61,771 nt of DNA from an uncultured Gammaproteobacteria bacterium (GCA_947258425.1 CAMYIG010000002.1:3154-64924), one strand, 5' to 3'; positions 52,241 to 61,738 are shown, counted from the stretch's first letter. Notes: a model not told the origin generated them from the sequence alone. A program made the numbers and translations.

Positions 52241-53233
52241 TTACGGTAAGACTGGTGCAGTACCAAAATTACCCGCATCCCAAGCAAACGGCGATGCAGT
52301 GACATCAGTTGAGCTGGTTGAAAAAGTACTAATAACAGCTCCATCAGTAACGTCATTAACGCTTTCAAAACCAAATGTTGATGTTCCAAGTCCGCCTAAA
52401 CCAACTCGTTGACCTAACCATGCGACCATTACATCGTCAGTGGCTGCCCATGTCGCAGTACCACCGGTACCAGGAGATGTAGCATTAGGCTGAAGTGTGA
52501 GCGTACCTGCACTTGTCATTAGATCGCCACTGCGCTGTCTAATAACAAAACGCTGAAAGTCATTACCTGGCGCACTTACTGTTGGATCACTCATTCCTAC
52601 ATCCTGAGTCATATCCATTGTTTTACCGGTAGCAAGTCCAGCACCGTCAAGATTAACCCCTAAGCTGAATGTGTTTTCAAAATCATCCTCTGTCTGTGTC
52701 GCGCCAGGTGCGCCAATGGCCACACCTGTGCCGCCATTATTACGAAAGGTCTGGTCAATTTGCAGATCTGCGAAACCAACACCTTTATCAGCCCAAGTAC
52801 CAATCGCTAATTCAGATGTTGCGTTAAAAAGATCTCCGGTTCCATCATTAGGATCATCCCTCATCGTCTGTAAACCAGCGATACCATTGCTGCTACCGGA
52901 CATCTGGATAAAAGTGATATCAGAAAAAGCTAGCGTTGTGACATTGGTGTTAGAAGCACTAACGTCAGCTGGTGCTAGCGGATCGATAATCACGGTCTGA
53001 ATAAAGGTATCAGCGCCCACAGTAACTTCCTGCTGCAAAAAACCTTCACCGTCAATCAAAATCTTACAGGTAGCCCCGCCCCCAGTAGGACAGCCAACAA
53101 GCGTTCCCGTTGTATTTGCTAACACCTCAATGCCGGTAAACCCCGGTCCTGCTGCCATTGCACTACTGATCGGAAGCAGTGCTGCTGCCGCCCCAACCAT
53201 TGCTAAACTCTTAACTACATTACGAATTTTCAT
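52241..53233 (-). CDS. Secreted Gly/Thr/Asp-rich protein of unknown function (330 aa)
   Basis: The ATG at 53233 is preceded by AGGGGG. Signal peptide is MKIRNVVKSLAMVGAAAALLPISSAMAA. There are only two Cys (CPTGGGATC) and no family I can recognise. Confidence 0.7.
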   Translation of the reverse strand: MKIRNVVKSLAMVGAAAALLPISSAMAAGPGFTGIEVLANTTGTLVGCPTGGGATCKILIDGEGFLQQEVTVGADTFIQTVIIDPLAPADVSASNTNVTTLAFSDITFIQMSGSSNGIAGLQTMRDDPNDGTGDLFNATSELAIGTWADKGVGFADLQIDQTFRNNGGTGVAIGAPGATQTEDDFENTFSLGVNLDGAGLATGKTMDMTQDVGMSDPTVSAPGNDFQRFVIRQRSGDLMTSAGTLTLQPNATSPGTGGTATWAATDDVMVAWLGQRVGLGGLGTSTFGFESVNDVTDGAVISTFSTSSTDVTASPFAWDAGNFGTAPVLP

Positions 53234-53589
53234 ATCAAACCCCCTGTTATTTGGAAGCAATTGTCTTACACAAGCCCTTGCCTGTCTTCCTATGGCACGG
53301 TTGCTTGCAAGTTTACGGACAAAAGCTTCCATCTATATCCGCACATTTAAAATCTTTTTTATGCTGCGCTATTTATAGCAACAGACACATTCCGTGTCAA
53401 CACCTGACCTATCTACTACTTTGCAGTGAAGCCGCTAATTCCGTTGATTTGCAACAGAAATTTATTTTACGAGGCCAATCACTCCATTCAATACACTGAC
53501 GTTCCATACATTTATATCGGCCACATCAAATAGAACCTTTAGGATAAACGTGGCTTACCGTAAAACGCTATCCAATAAAACAGTATAAA

Positions 53590-54222
53590 TCAAATCCTAT
53601 TAAGATATACAATATTATTTTGTCTCTCACCAAAATCAACGGCAGATGACGAGGCATAGTCGATCCTTAGCTGGCGATAGCCAATAAGCGGCATTTTCAA
53701 CGCCTCTGCCATCATCACTCGGATCGGGCCAACATGGGCGACTATCACGACTGTTTTGCCTGCGTGAGACGCTAAAGCCGTATTTACACCAATTCTAACT
53801 CTGGCCAGTAAACCCCCTATTGTTTCCCCGCCTTTTGGGGCGAAATTAAGCGGATCCTCTTTCCAGGCGCGATACCCCTCCGGGTAATTTTTTTCAACCT
53901 CATCAAAATAGAGCCCATCCCATTCACCAAATCGTCGCTCCAAAAAGGCGTCATTAGTAATGATTTCACCACCATTTTTTTCCACGACTGCCTTAGCGGT
54001 CATCTGTGTGCGCTGCGTAGGACTAGCGTAGATTGCATCAATTGAGACATTCGATAACCGCATAGCAGCTGCCTCAGCCTGCGCTATCCCGGCCGTATTC
54101 AGCGGAGGGGACTCTCTGTCATCGCAATAAAGACGATCCAGTGGAAAATCGGTCTCCCCATGGCGGACAAATATAATTCGCGTACTTTGCTCTTTTTCTC
54201 TCATCAGGCCCGGCCCTTTCAT
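53590..54222 (-). CDS. Histidine phosphatase family protein (phosphoglycerate mutase-like)
   Basis: Contains the RHGETD motif and a second catalytic His in VAHVGPIR. The start may be the internal Met at 54204. Confidence 0.8.
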   Translation of the reverse strand: MKGPGLMREKEQSTRIIFVRHGETDFPLDRLYCDDRESPPLNTAGIAQAEAAAMRLSNVSIDAIYASPTQRTQMTAKAVVEKNGGEIITNDAFLERRFGEWDGLYFDEVEKNYPEGYRAWKEDPLNFAPKGGETIGGLLARVRIGVNTALASHAGKTVVIVAHVGPIRVMMAEALKMPLIGYRQLRIDYASSSAVDFGERQNNIVYLNRI

Positions 54223-54246
54223 CTAACACTCATTTAAGCCAACGAA

Positions 54247-54277
54247 AAGGCCCGAGTGATCATCTCACGCAGGCCTT
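54247..54277 (-). terminator. Imperfect hairpin downstream of moaE
   Basis: aaggcccgagtga ... tcacgcaggcctt forms a 13-bp stem with 2 mismatches. The U-tract is weak. Confidence 0.35.
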
Positions 54278-54311
54278 GTAATCAAATCAATTAAATTTAG
54301 TCAGCGGGAAT

Positions 54312-54782
54312 TTAAGCTGATTTCAAACGGCTTTTGGCTGCACCCGGGTCTTCTGAATTATGCTCTACCCAATGTTTTTTTCCTTCAGTCGTCACTTCAC
54401 ACTTCCAGAAAGGGGCGCGCTCTTTTAAATAGTTGATCACATAACGACAGGCATCAAATGCTGCGGCGCGATGAGCAGACCATACCGCCACCAACACGAT
54501 CGGGTCGGATGGGTAGACATCACCGGCACGATGCACCACTAATACATCCATGACATCCCAGCCCTCCATTGCCTCCTGGCAGACCTGCTCGATATGCTTT
54601 TCAGTCATCCCCGGATAATAATCCAGATTCATCGCAGTGACATCTTCACCATCATTAAAATCGCGCATCGTGCCCACAAAACTGACCACGCCACCATGCT
54701 TGCCTGATTCTAATTCAGTGGTTTCATGGTGCGTGATCGCCTGATATGGATCAAGTTTGTCCGTCTGAACAACCACTTTCAT
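54312..54782 (-). CDS. moaE: Molybdopterin synthase catalytic subunit
   Basis: 156 aa with MoaE-like sequence (GGVVSFVGTMRD...APFWK). Confidence 0.92.
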   Translation of the reverse strand: MKVVVQTDKLDPYQAITHHETTELESGKHGGVVSFVGTMRDFNDGEDVTAMNLDYYPGMTEKHIEQVCQEAMEGWDVMDVLVVHRAGDVYPSDPIVLVAVWSAHRAAAFDACRYVINYLKERAPFWKCEVTTEGKKHWVEHNSEDPGAAKSRLKSA

Positions 54783-54787
54783 CTTCT

Positions 54788-55021
54788 TTAACCTCCAGTC
54801 ACGGGCGGAAAAAAGGCCACTTCATCACCGCCTTTTAATGCTTGATTCAGATCTGTGTATTCCTTGTTGACGGCAACCAGGATATTACTGGGCATCGGCT
54901 CAGAAGACACTTTCGCCCAAACGACGGCGACAGTGGCTGCCGGCTGATCAAGCGTCACTTTATCGCTGGTGCGCCCCATACGTTCACGAAGACTAGCAAA
55001 AAACTTTACGTCAATTTCCAT
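54788..55021 (-). CDS. moaD: Molybdopterin synthase sulfur-carrier subunit
   Basis: About 77 aa from MEIDVKFFASLRE and ending ...FFPPVTGG directly at the stop codon. Confidence 0.9.
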   Translation of the reverse strand: MEIDVKFFASLRERMGRTSDKVTLDQPAATVAVVWAKVSSEPMPSNILVAVNKEYTDLNQALKGGDEVAFFPPVTGG

Positions 55022-55040
55022 AATTCCCTCATTCAAACAA

Positions 55041-55523
55041 TTATGCAGTACGTCGCCACGAGCCAGACTTACCGCCCGATTTAGACAACAGCCCGATATC
55101 AGTCATCATCATGCCGCGGTCTACCGCCTTACACATATCATAAATCGTCAGTAGCGCGACCTGTACCGCGGTCAATGTCTCCATCTCGACGCCGGTGTTT
55201 CCCTTGCATCGCACGACTGCCTTGCAATAAACCGAATTATTTTCAGGCTCAGGGGTCAGCTCAACATCAACCGCTGTAATCATAATAGGATGACAAAGCG
55301 GCACCAGGTCTGGCGTCTTCTTTGCGCCCATAATTCCGGCAACACGCGCGATGCCAAGCACATCACCTTTCTTATGATCACCGGCCATAATTTTCTTCAG
55401 GGTCTCAGGCTCCATGAAAATCCGCCCTTCAGCAATACCCTCACGCACCGTAATATCCTTTGCACCCACATCCACCATATGTGCCTCACCGGCAGCATTA
55501 AAATGTGTTAACTCATCACCCAT
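55041..55523 (-). CDS. moaC: Cyclic pyranopterin monophosphate synthase
   Basis: 160 aa starting [18 protein letters not shown] and containing PLCHP. Confidence 0.95.
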   Translation of the reverse strand: MGDELTHFNAAGEAHMVDVGAKDITVREGIAEGRIFMEPETLKKIMAGDHKKGDVLGIARVAGIMGAKKTPDLVPLCHPIMITAVDVELTPEPENNSVYCKAVVRCKGNTGVEMETLTAVQVALLTIYDMCKAVDRGMMMTDIGLLSKSGGKSGSWRRTA

Positions 55524-55574
55524 GATTATTCTCTCTAGAAATATTTATTGATATAAAAATAAACCCGGCTTTTA

Positions 55575-56678
55575 TCAGCCGCCAATCTGCGTCATGCTCG
55601 TACGACTCTTACCAATATCACCCACATCGACTTTCTTCTCAGACGACTGTTTTTTAGCTTCAAAACCATCACGATGCTTTTCACCAAACGCCTTACGAAA
55701 CAAACTAACGATATCTTCTTCAGTACTGCCTTCAGCACGGAGCACCGCTCTCAAATCAAATTCATCGTCAGAATAGAGGCAATTACGAATCTTTCCATCA
55801 GAGGTCAAACGAATTCGCGAGCAGTTACCGCAAAGACTACGAGTGAAGGCAGGGATGACCGCAATCTTGCCCATGTAACCCGGCGCCTGAAAAATGTGAT
55901 GCTCGGTACGGGTACCTGAAGCGGTCTTGATGCCAGGATAAAAACCTTCAATTTGATCCACCAGATTGGCTGCGCTGGCAAAATGCTCGCCAGACTCCCA
56001 AATTTGGTGCGCATCAAAAGGCATAAATTCGATAAATCGCACTGTTATCCGCTGATCTTTGGTCATTTCACAGAAATCGTGCAACTCATCTTCATTGAAA
56101 CCGCGCATTAATACGATGTTAACCTTCACCGTAGGAATACCAATATCCTGCGCGACTCGAATGCTCTCCAGCACCTGAGCAAGCCCGGTGCGACGCGTAA
56201 TCGTCTCAAACTTCTCTTCAGTGAGTGAATCCAGACTGATGTTAACACCGGTTAAGCCAGCCTTTAGGAGATCCTCTGCGTACTTGGGGAACAGCAGGCC
56301 ATTCGTCGTTAAATGTACTGCTTTCACACCCGGGGTATTGGCCGTATTGGCGATGATATCGACGATATCTTTACGCACCAAAGGTTCGCCACCGGTATAA
56401 CGAACCTTGCGAACCCCCATTTTGGCCAACGTCTCGACAGTGCGTTGAATTTCAGGGGTCGTGATCACTGCGCTTTTTTCCTGTAACGCGACGCCCTCTT
56501 CCGGCATGCAGTAGGTACAACGAAGGTTACATTTTTCTGTGACTGCGATTCTTACGTAATCGAAGGTTCGACCAAAACGGTCTTGCAAGGGCGGCAAAAG
56601 GGGGAAAGCAGCATTCGCAGGGGTACTCGTCGAAGATTCACTATATGATTTATTACGATGCAAAGATTTATCCAACAC
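55575..56678 (-). CDS. moaA: GTP 3',8-cyclase (radical SAM)
   Basis: Contains the CNLRCTYC cluster and the C-terminal CGNCSRIRLT cluster, and ends in GG. The probable start is the GTG at 56678, preceded by GGAGA. The track ORF starts at an upstream TTG (56702). Confidence 0.92.
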   Translation of the reverse strand: MLDKSLHRNKSYSESSTSTPANAAFPLLPPLQDRFGRTFDYVRIAVTEKCNLRCTYCMPEEGVALQEKSAVITTPEIQRTVETLAKMGVRKVRYTGGEPLVRKDIVDIIANTANTPGVKAVHLTTNGLLFPKYAEDLLKAGLTGVNISLDSLTEEKFETITRRTGLAQVLESIRVAQDIGIPTVKVNIVLMRGFNEDELHDFCEMTKDQRITVRFIEFMPFDAHQIWESGEHFASAANLVDQIEGFYPGIKTASGTRTEHHIFQAPGYMGKIAVIPAFTRSLCGNCSRIRLTSDGKIRNCLYSDDEFDLRAVLRAEGSTEEDIVSLFRKAFGEKHRDGFEAKKQSSEKKVDVGDIGKSRTSMTQIGG

Positions 56679-57231
56679 GTCTATTCTCCCCAAACACTGC
56701 AATTATTATTGCTGAACTATGTAGACTAAAAATAACCGACTACTTTAATCGGATATGCACTAATTTTCCACTGCCTGATAGCAGCATCTTCAACCTGCAA
56801 TTTAGGTGCGACAACTTTTTCTTGCGCACTTCATATAAAAACTTTTGAAGAGAAAATCCATTTAGGCTTCATAACATCACAGGGATACCACAAAATACAT
56901 TCGACTGACTCATGCCACACTCAAACCTCGCCAGCCCACTGACTTCCAGCACAGCGTGAAATACTAGCATGAAAACCTTGCTGCGCTCCAATAACTATAT
57001 CGCTCATTCAAAACAAAGCTTTAGCCGATACAGAATAATGATGCTAGCGTCGATTACCACTGCTGACAAAGAATTTTTATAACTATCATTCACTTAAATA
57101 TATATTCTGGCGACATTCATCTGCCGTAGAAACTTGCATATTTGATCAGACGCTGCTATCAATTGCGCTTCCATGCTATCTTTAGCTCAAATAAAATCTC
57201 CCATAAATAACAGATAGATAATTAAATACCT

Positions 57232-58164
57232 ATGAACGATATCAAATACCATCAAGGACAGTGGACACAGAAACCCGCGATGGAAATCGCCCGTTCGCAC
57301 GGTCCAACCGCCACCTACAATGGCAAAATCTATGTCTTTGGCGGCGGCGGTCCCAACTTCAAAAGCCTCAATTCCACCACTATTTTTGATCCCCAGCAAA
57401 ATAGCTGGTCCTCAGGAAAAGCGATGCCAACCCTGCGCTCAGGGGCGATTGCGACTACCGTTGGTGATGCAATCTATATTATTGGCGGTGGCTTCAAAAA
57501 GCCCGATGGTAACTTTCAATTTCTCCACACCACTGAAATTTATCATCCAAAAACAGATAGTTGGGAGCTAGGCCCCGATATGCTGATGCCCCATGATTAC
57601 CCCGCTGGCGCACTGTATGACAACCACATCTACATCCTTGGTGGTCACCACCCGGATGCCACCCTGTCTGGCCCCAAGACCGATCCCGGCTTTGATTTTT
57701 GCGAACGCCTCAACCTTACCACGCTCGAATGGGAGCAGATCAGCCCACTGCCCACCCCCCGCTTCGCACTCGATGCAGTGGTAATGAACCAGCGTATTTT
57801 AACCATGGGCGGTGTCGCCTTTACCCCTGAAGGCTTCAATAATTTCGATCACATTGAAGCCTTCAATCCCGCCAATGGCGAATGGAGCCTCGATAGCCTC
57901 AAGCTCCCGTGGACCGCGGCCGGCCTGGGTTCCATCATGGTGGATGACACGCCCTTTATTTTTGGTGGCTATAGTGGTGACGGCATCTGTGACCACGCCG
58001 CCTGCTACGATGCCAAAACAGCTACCTGGCACCTGCTGCCCCCCATGCCCGCGCCATTGGCCGCAATGGGCGTCGCTCACATCGATCGCACCATCTATCT
58101 GATCGGCGGCTGGGCAGACGACGGCCGCACCCCACTCAGCAGCGTCACTGCCTATACATATTAA
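57232..58164 (+). CDS. Kelch-repeat beta-propeller protein with no signal peptide
   Basis: Six repeats are marked by IYVFGG, IYIIGG, IYILGG, ILTMGG, PFIFGG and IYLIGG, each followed by a W-containing strand. Confidence 0.82.
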   Translation: MNDIKYHQGQWTQKPAMEIARSHGPTATYNGKIYVFGGGGPNFKSLNSTTIFDPQQNSWSSGKAMPTLRSGAIATTVGDAIYIIGGGFKKPDGNFQFLHTTEIYHPKTDSWELGPDMLMPHDYPAGALYDNHIYILGGHHPDATLSGPKTDPGFDFCERLNLTTLEWEQISPLPTPRFALDAVVMNQRILTMGGVAFTPEGFNNFDHIEAFNPANGEWSLDSLKLPWTAAGLGSIMVDDTPFIFGGYSGDGICDHAACYDAKTATWHLLPPMPAPLAAMGVAHIDRTIYLIGGWADDGRTPLSSVTAYTY

Positions 58165-58183
58165 TGGTAGATACAGCTAATAA

Positions 58184-58936
58184 ATGGATGACCAACAGCT
58201 TGAACGCTACAGCCGCCATGTCCTGCTACCTGAAATCGATATTTCAGGACAGACGCGGCTGCAACAATCAAAAGTCCTGATCATTGGTGCGGGCGGCCTC
58301 GGTTCGCCCGCCGCGATCTACCTCGCCAGCAGCGGCGTCGGGCAGATCACCCTCTGTGATGATGACAACGTCGATCTCAGCAATCTACAACGCCAGATCG
58401 CACATAATAGTTCAAGTGTTGGGCAAAACAAGGCTGTTTCAGCCCGTAAAACACTGCTGGCGCTCAATCCCGAGATCACTGTCACCGCACTCACACAGCG
58501 TTTAAGTGGTGAATCCCTGCAAACTGCAGTTAGCGAAGCCGATGCGGTACTCGATGCCAGCGACAACTTTGCCACCCGCTTTATGCTCAACGATGCCTGC
58601 GTCAAGGCACGCACACCCCTCATCTCAGGGGCCGTCATTCGACTCTCAGGGCAGATCTGCGTCTTTCGCAACGATGACGGCAACAGCCCTTGCTACCGCT
58701 GCCTCTACGACGAATCCGCCCTCGCTGACGAAGAAAACTGTGCCCAAAGCGGTGTTTTTGCACCACTCACTGGCATCATCGGCAGCATGATGGCCGCCGA
58801 AACCCTCAAACTGCTGGTGCCTTTTGGCAAACCACTCGACACTCGACTGCTCCTGCTGAATGCCAACACTATGGAATGGCGTCGCCTGCAACGGCAAAAA
58901 GACCCCGCCTGCCAGACCTGCGCATCAAAGCGCTAA
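58184..58936 (+). CDS. moeB: Molybdopterin-synthase adenylyltransferase (ThiF/MoeB E1-like)
   Basis: Starts ERYSRHVLLPEI and contains GAGGLGSP and two CxxC pairs (CYRC, CQTC). Confidence 0.88.
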   Translation: MDDQQLERYSRHVLLPEIDISGQTRLQQSKVLIIGAGGLGSPAAIYLASSGVGQITLCDDDNVDLSNLQRQIAHNSSSVGQNKAVSARKTLLALNPEITVTALTQRLSGESLQTAVSEADAVLDASDNFATRFMLNDACVKARTPLISGAVIRLSGQICVFRNDDGNSPCYRCLYDESALADEENCAQSGVFAPLTGIIGSMMAAETLKLLVPFGKPLDTRLLLLNANTMEWRRLQRQKDPACQTCASKR

Positions 58937-59084
58937 AGATCCCCCACAATGACCCGAAAACCTGATGCCAATGCGTGACCAGCGCTGCCATCGATACCCC
59001 CGCGCTTTACAACCCCCCCACCACAGGGGTAGAATTCGCGGTTCGCTGTTTTCAGCCAAACCATTCATTAAATGAGGAAAGTAA

Positions 59085-59303
59085 ATGCCTGCTGTTCGTT
59101 TGAGAGAAAATGAGCCTTTCGAGGTTGCAGTCCGTCGCTTCAAGCGCATCTGTGAAAAAACCGGAATCATCTCTGAAGTGCGTCGCCGTGAATTCTACGA
59201 AAAGCCAACCGCTGTGCGCAAACGCAAAGCTGCTGCTGCCGTTAAGAGACAACAGAAAAAAACCTATAGCGAAAAGATGCGCACCGTTCGCGCCCCTTAC
59301 TAA
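59085..59303 (+). CDS. rpsU: 30S ribosomal protein S21
   Basis: 72-aa ORF starting [42 protein letters not shown]. Confidence 0.97.
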   Translation: MPAVRLRENEPFEVAVRRFKRICEKTGIISEVRRREFYEKPTAVRKRKAAAAVKRQQKKTYSEKMRTVRAPY

Positions 59304-59321
59304 GCGAAATACAAGCCAGCC

Positions 59322-59774
59322 ATGGCCAGCACGCTACAACAGCGCCTCACCGATGACATGAAAACCGCCATGCGCAGCAAAGATGCGCATCGGCTGGGGG
59401 TCATTCGTTTGATCCGCGCCGCTATCAAGCAGCGTGAAGTCGATGAGCGCATCGAGCTGGATGACAGCCAGATACTCGCGATTCTCGACAAGATGAACAA
59501 GCAGCGTCGCGACTCCATCGAGCAGTACACCAAGGGTGACCGCCCTGAACTGGCCGAAAAAGAGCAGGCTGAAATTGAGATCATCAGCCACTATCTGCCA
59601 CCGGCACTGAGCGAAGCAGAACTCGAGACAATGATCAGCGAAGCCATCACCACCAGCGGCGCCAGCTCTGCCAAAGAGATGGGCAAAGTGATCGGCCTGT
59701 TAAAAAACAAGCTGCAAGGCCGTGCCGACATGGGCGCCGTCAGCGCACAGATCAAAGCCAGACTTGGCGCTTAG
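59322..59774 (+). CDS. GatB/YqeY domain protein
   Basis: 150 aa starting LQQRLTDDMKTAMRSKD. It holds the usual position between rpsU and dnaG in many gammaproteobacteria. Confidence 0.88.
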   Translation: MASTLQQRLTDDMKTAMRSKDAHRLGVIRLIRAAIKQREVDERIELDDSQILAILDKMNKQRRDSIEQYTKGDRPELAEKEQAEIEIISHYLPPALSEAELETMISEAITTSGASSAKEMGKVIGLLKNKLQGRADMGAVSAQIKARLGA

Positions 59775-59853
59775 CCATCGACCTTTCACGTCGCGACCGT
59801 CAGTTCCACTGACAACGCTGACGGCCACCACCCCTTAGCGATACAATCACACG

Positions 59854-61614
59854 ATGGCTGGCAAAATTCCGCAGCAATTCATCGACGAGCTTCTCGCACG
59901 GGTCGACATCGTCGATCTCATCGATGCGCAGGTGCCGCTCAAAAAGGCGGGGCGCAATCACTCCGCCTGCTGTCCGTTTCACGATGAAAAGACCCCCTCC
60001 TTTACCGTCAGTCAGGAAAAACAGTTCTATCACTGCTTCGGCTGTGGCGCGCACGGCACCGCCATCGGTTTTCTAATGGAATATGAGCGACTCGACTTTC
60101 TCGACGCGGTGCGCGACCTCGCGGCACTTGTCGGCATGGAGATTCCGCAAGGCAGTTACACCGCTAGTCAGGGGCAAAACGATAGCAAACCGCTCTACGA
60201 ACTGATGGAGCAGACCGCCAGTTTTTATCGCCAGCAACTCAAAGAGCACCCCAAAGGCAAGCAGGCGATCGATTACCTCAAAGCACGCAGCCTCAGCGGC
60301 GAGACCGCTGTCGAGTTTGGTATCGGCTACGCCCCACCGGGGTGGGATACGCTGCAAAAAAAGTTCGGCGATGACCACACAGCGGCACTCGCCTCCACCG
60401 GGATGCTGATCAAAAAAGATCACGGCGGCCACTACGACCGCTTTCGCGAGCGCATCATGTTTCCGATCCGCGACTCACGCGGGCGCGTCATCGGCTTCGG
60501 CGGACGCGTCATGGGCGACGACACCCCCAAGTATCTCAACTCGCCCGAAACCCCGATCTTTCACAAAGGCAAGGCGCTCTACGGCCTGTTTGAGGCACGT
60601 CAGGCAGAACGTAATATCCAACGCCTGCTGATTGTCGAAGGGTACATGGATGTAGTAATGCTGGCACAGCACGGCATCCGCTACGCCGTCGCGACCCTCG
60701 GCACCGCCACCACCGTTGAACATCTGGAGCTGATGTTCCGCACCACCAGCGAGGTCGTCTTCTGTTTCGACGGCGACCGTGCCGGACGCGAAGCCGCCAC
60801 TCGCGCACTCGAAAACACGCTGCCGGTGATGCAGGCGGGACGACAGGCGCGCTTCATGTTTCTGCCCGATGGCGAAGACCCCGATTCACTGGTGCAAAAA
60901 GAGGGCAAGGAGGCGCTCGAAGCACGCATCGACGACGCCGCGCCGCTGTCCACCTATCTCTACGAGCACCTCGCTAAACAGGTCGATATGAGCAGTATCG
61001 ACGGTCAGGCACGTCTCGTTGAACTGGCGCGCCCTCATCTCAAAAAACTGCCTGCAGGTGTTTTTAAGCACATGATGGTAACCCGCCTTGCCGAGATCGC
61101 TCACATGGAAGAACGTACGCTGAGCCGCCTGCTGGACAGCAATGAGCCCGTCGCGACCGCAGCTGTTTCCCGGCCACCGTCGCGCCAGTCACGCAATAAA
61201 CGAGGCAAACAGCCCTCGCTCGTACGCCAGGCGATCACGCTCCTGTTAAACAACCCTGCATTGGGTCAACTCGAGCAAGAGCCGCAACGATTCGCCTCAC
61301 TGAATGCGCCCGGCATCACATTATTAATCGAATTACTTGAAATGTTGAGAACCAGCCCACATCTTAGTACAGGTGCGGTTCTAGAACGCTGGCGAGATCG
61401 CGAAGAAAGCCGCTATCTAGCCAAGTTAATACAGCAGGAACACCTGGTCGCCAATGACCACCAGGAACAGGAATTTAGCGACCTACTACAGCAACTCTAC
61501 CGCCAGCACATCGCTCAACGCATTGAGTTTCTATGTAACAAACCGGCAGCTGAACACAGTGACGCGGAGAAAGCAGAGCTACAGCATCTGTTTAAACAAA
61601 AGTCGGGCATTTAG
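59854..61614 (+). CDS. dnaG: DNA primase
   Basis: 586 aa with the zinc-binding CCPFHDEKTPSF...CFGC motif and a Toprim region (EGYMDV...DGDRAG). Confidence 0.97.
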   Translation: MAGKIPQQFIDELLARVDIVDLIDAQVPLKKAGRNHSACCPFHDEKTPSFTVSQEKQFYHCFGCGAHGTAIGFLMEYERLDFLDAVRDLAALVGMEIPQGSYTASQGQNDSKPLYELMEQTASFYRQQLKEHPKGKQAIDYLKARSLSGETAVEFGIGYAPPGWDTLQKKFGDDHTAALASTGMLIKKDHGGHYDRFRERIMFPIRDSRGRVIGFGGRVMGDDTPKYLNSPETPIFHKGKALYGLFEARQAERNIQRLLIVEGYMDVVMLAQHGIRYAVATLGTATTVEHLELMFRTTSEVVFCFDGDRAGREAATRALENTLPVMQAGRQARFMFLPDGEDPDSLVQKEGKEALEARIDDAAPLSTYLYEHLAKQVDMSSIDGQARLVELARPHLKKLPAGVFKHMMVTRLAEIAHMEERTLSRLLDSNEPVATAAVSRPPSRQSRNKRGKQPSLVRQAITLLLNNPALGQLEQEPQRFASLNAPGITLLIELLEMLRTSPHLSTGAVLERWRDREESRYLAKLIQQEHLVANDHQEQEFSDLLQQLYRQHIAQRIEFLCNKPAAEHSDAEKAELQHLFKQKSGI

Positions 61615-61738
61615 CCGTTAATTTGGTCGGCCAGCGGCCAATGAGCATTTTTCGGGGTTCTCAGAACCTACAGAAATGTTATAGAATAGCTGGCTATTTT
61701 TTGCTCACGCATATTGTATGAAGGAAGGCTCACGCCAC

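Noticed and set aside
53293-53309. Sigma-54-like TGGCAC...TTGC motif (tggcacggttgcttgca)
   Set aside because: It lies on the + strand with no downstream + strand gene. The GG-to-GC spacing is 9 or 13 nt rather than the consensus 12. It also falls in the 5' region of a minus-strand gene. It is most likely a chance match.
56679-57231. Possible Moco riboswitch in the long leader upstream of moaA (minus strand)
   Set aside because: Moco RNA motifs are common upstream of moaA in gammaproteobacteria. I reverse-complemented 56703-56960 and found only short hairpins, such as ccga...tcgg. I could not recognise the conserved Moco motif elements by eye. A covariance-model scan would decide this. I do not claim the feature.
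61656-61668. Small palindrome ggttc-tca-gaacc in the dnaG-rpoD spacer, considered as a terminator or processing site
   Set aside because: It is only a 5-bp stem with no U-tract. That is too weak to call from sequence alone.
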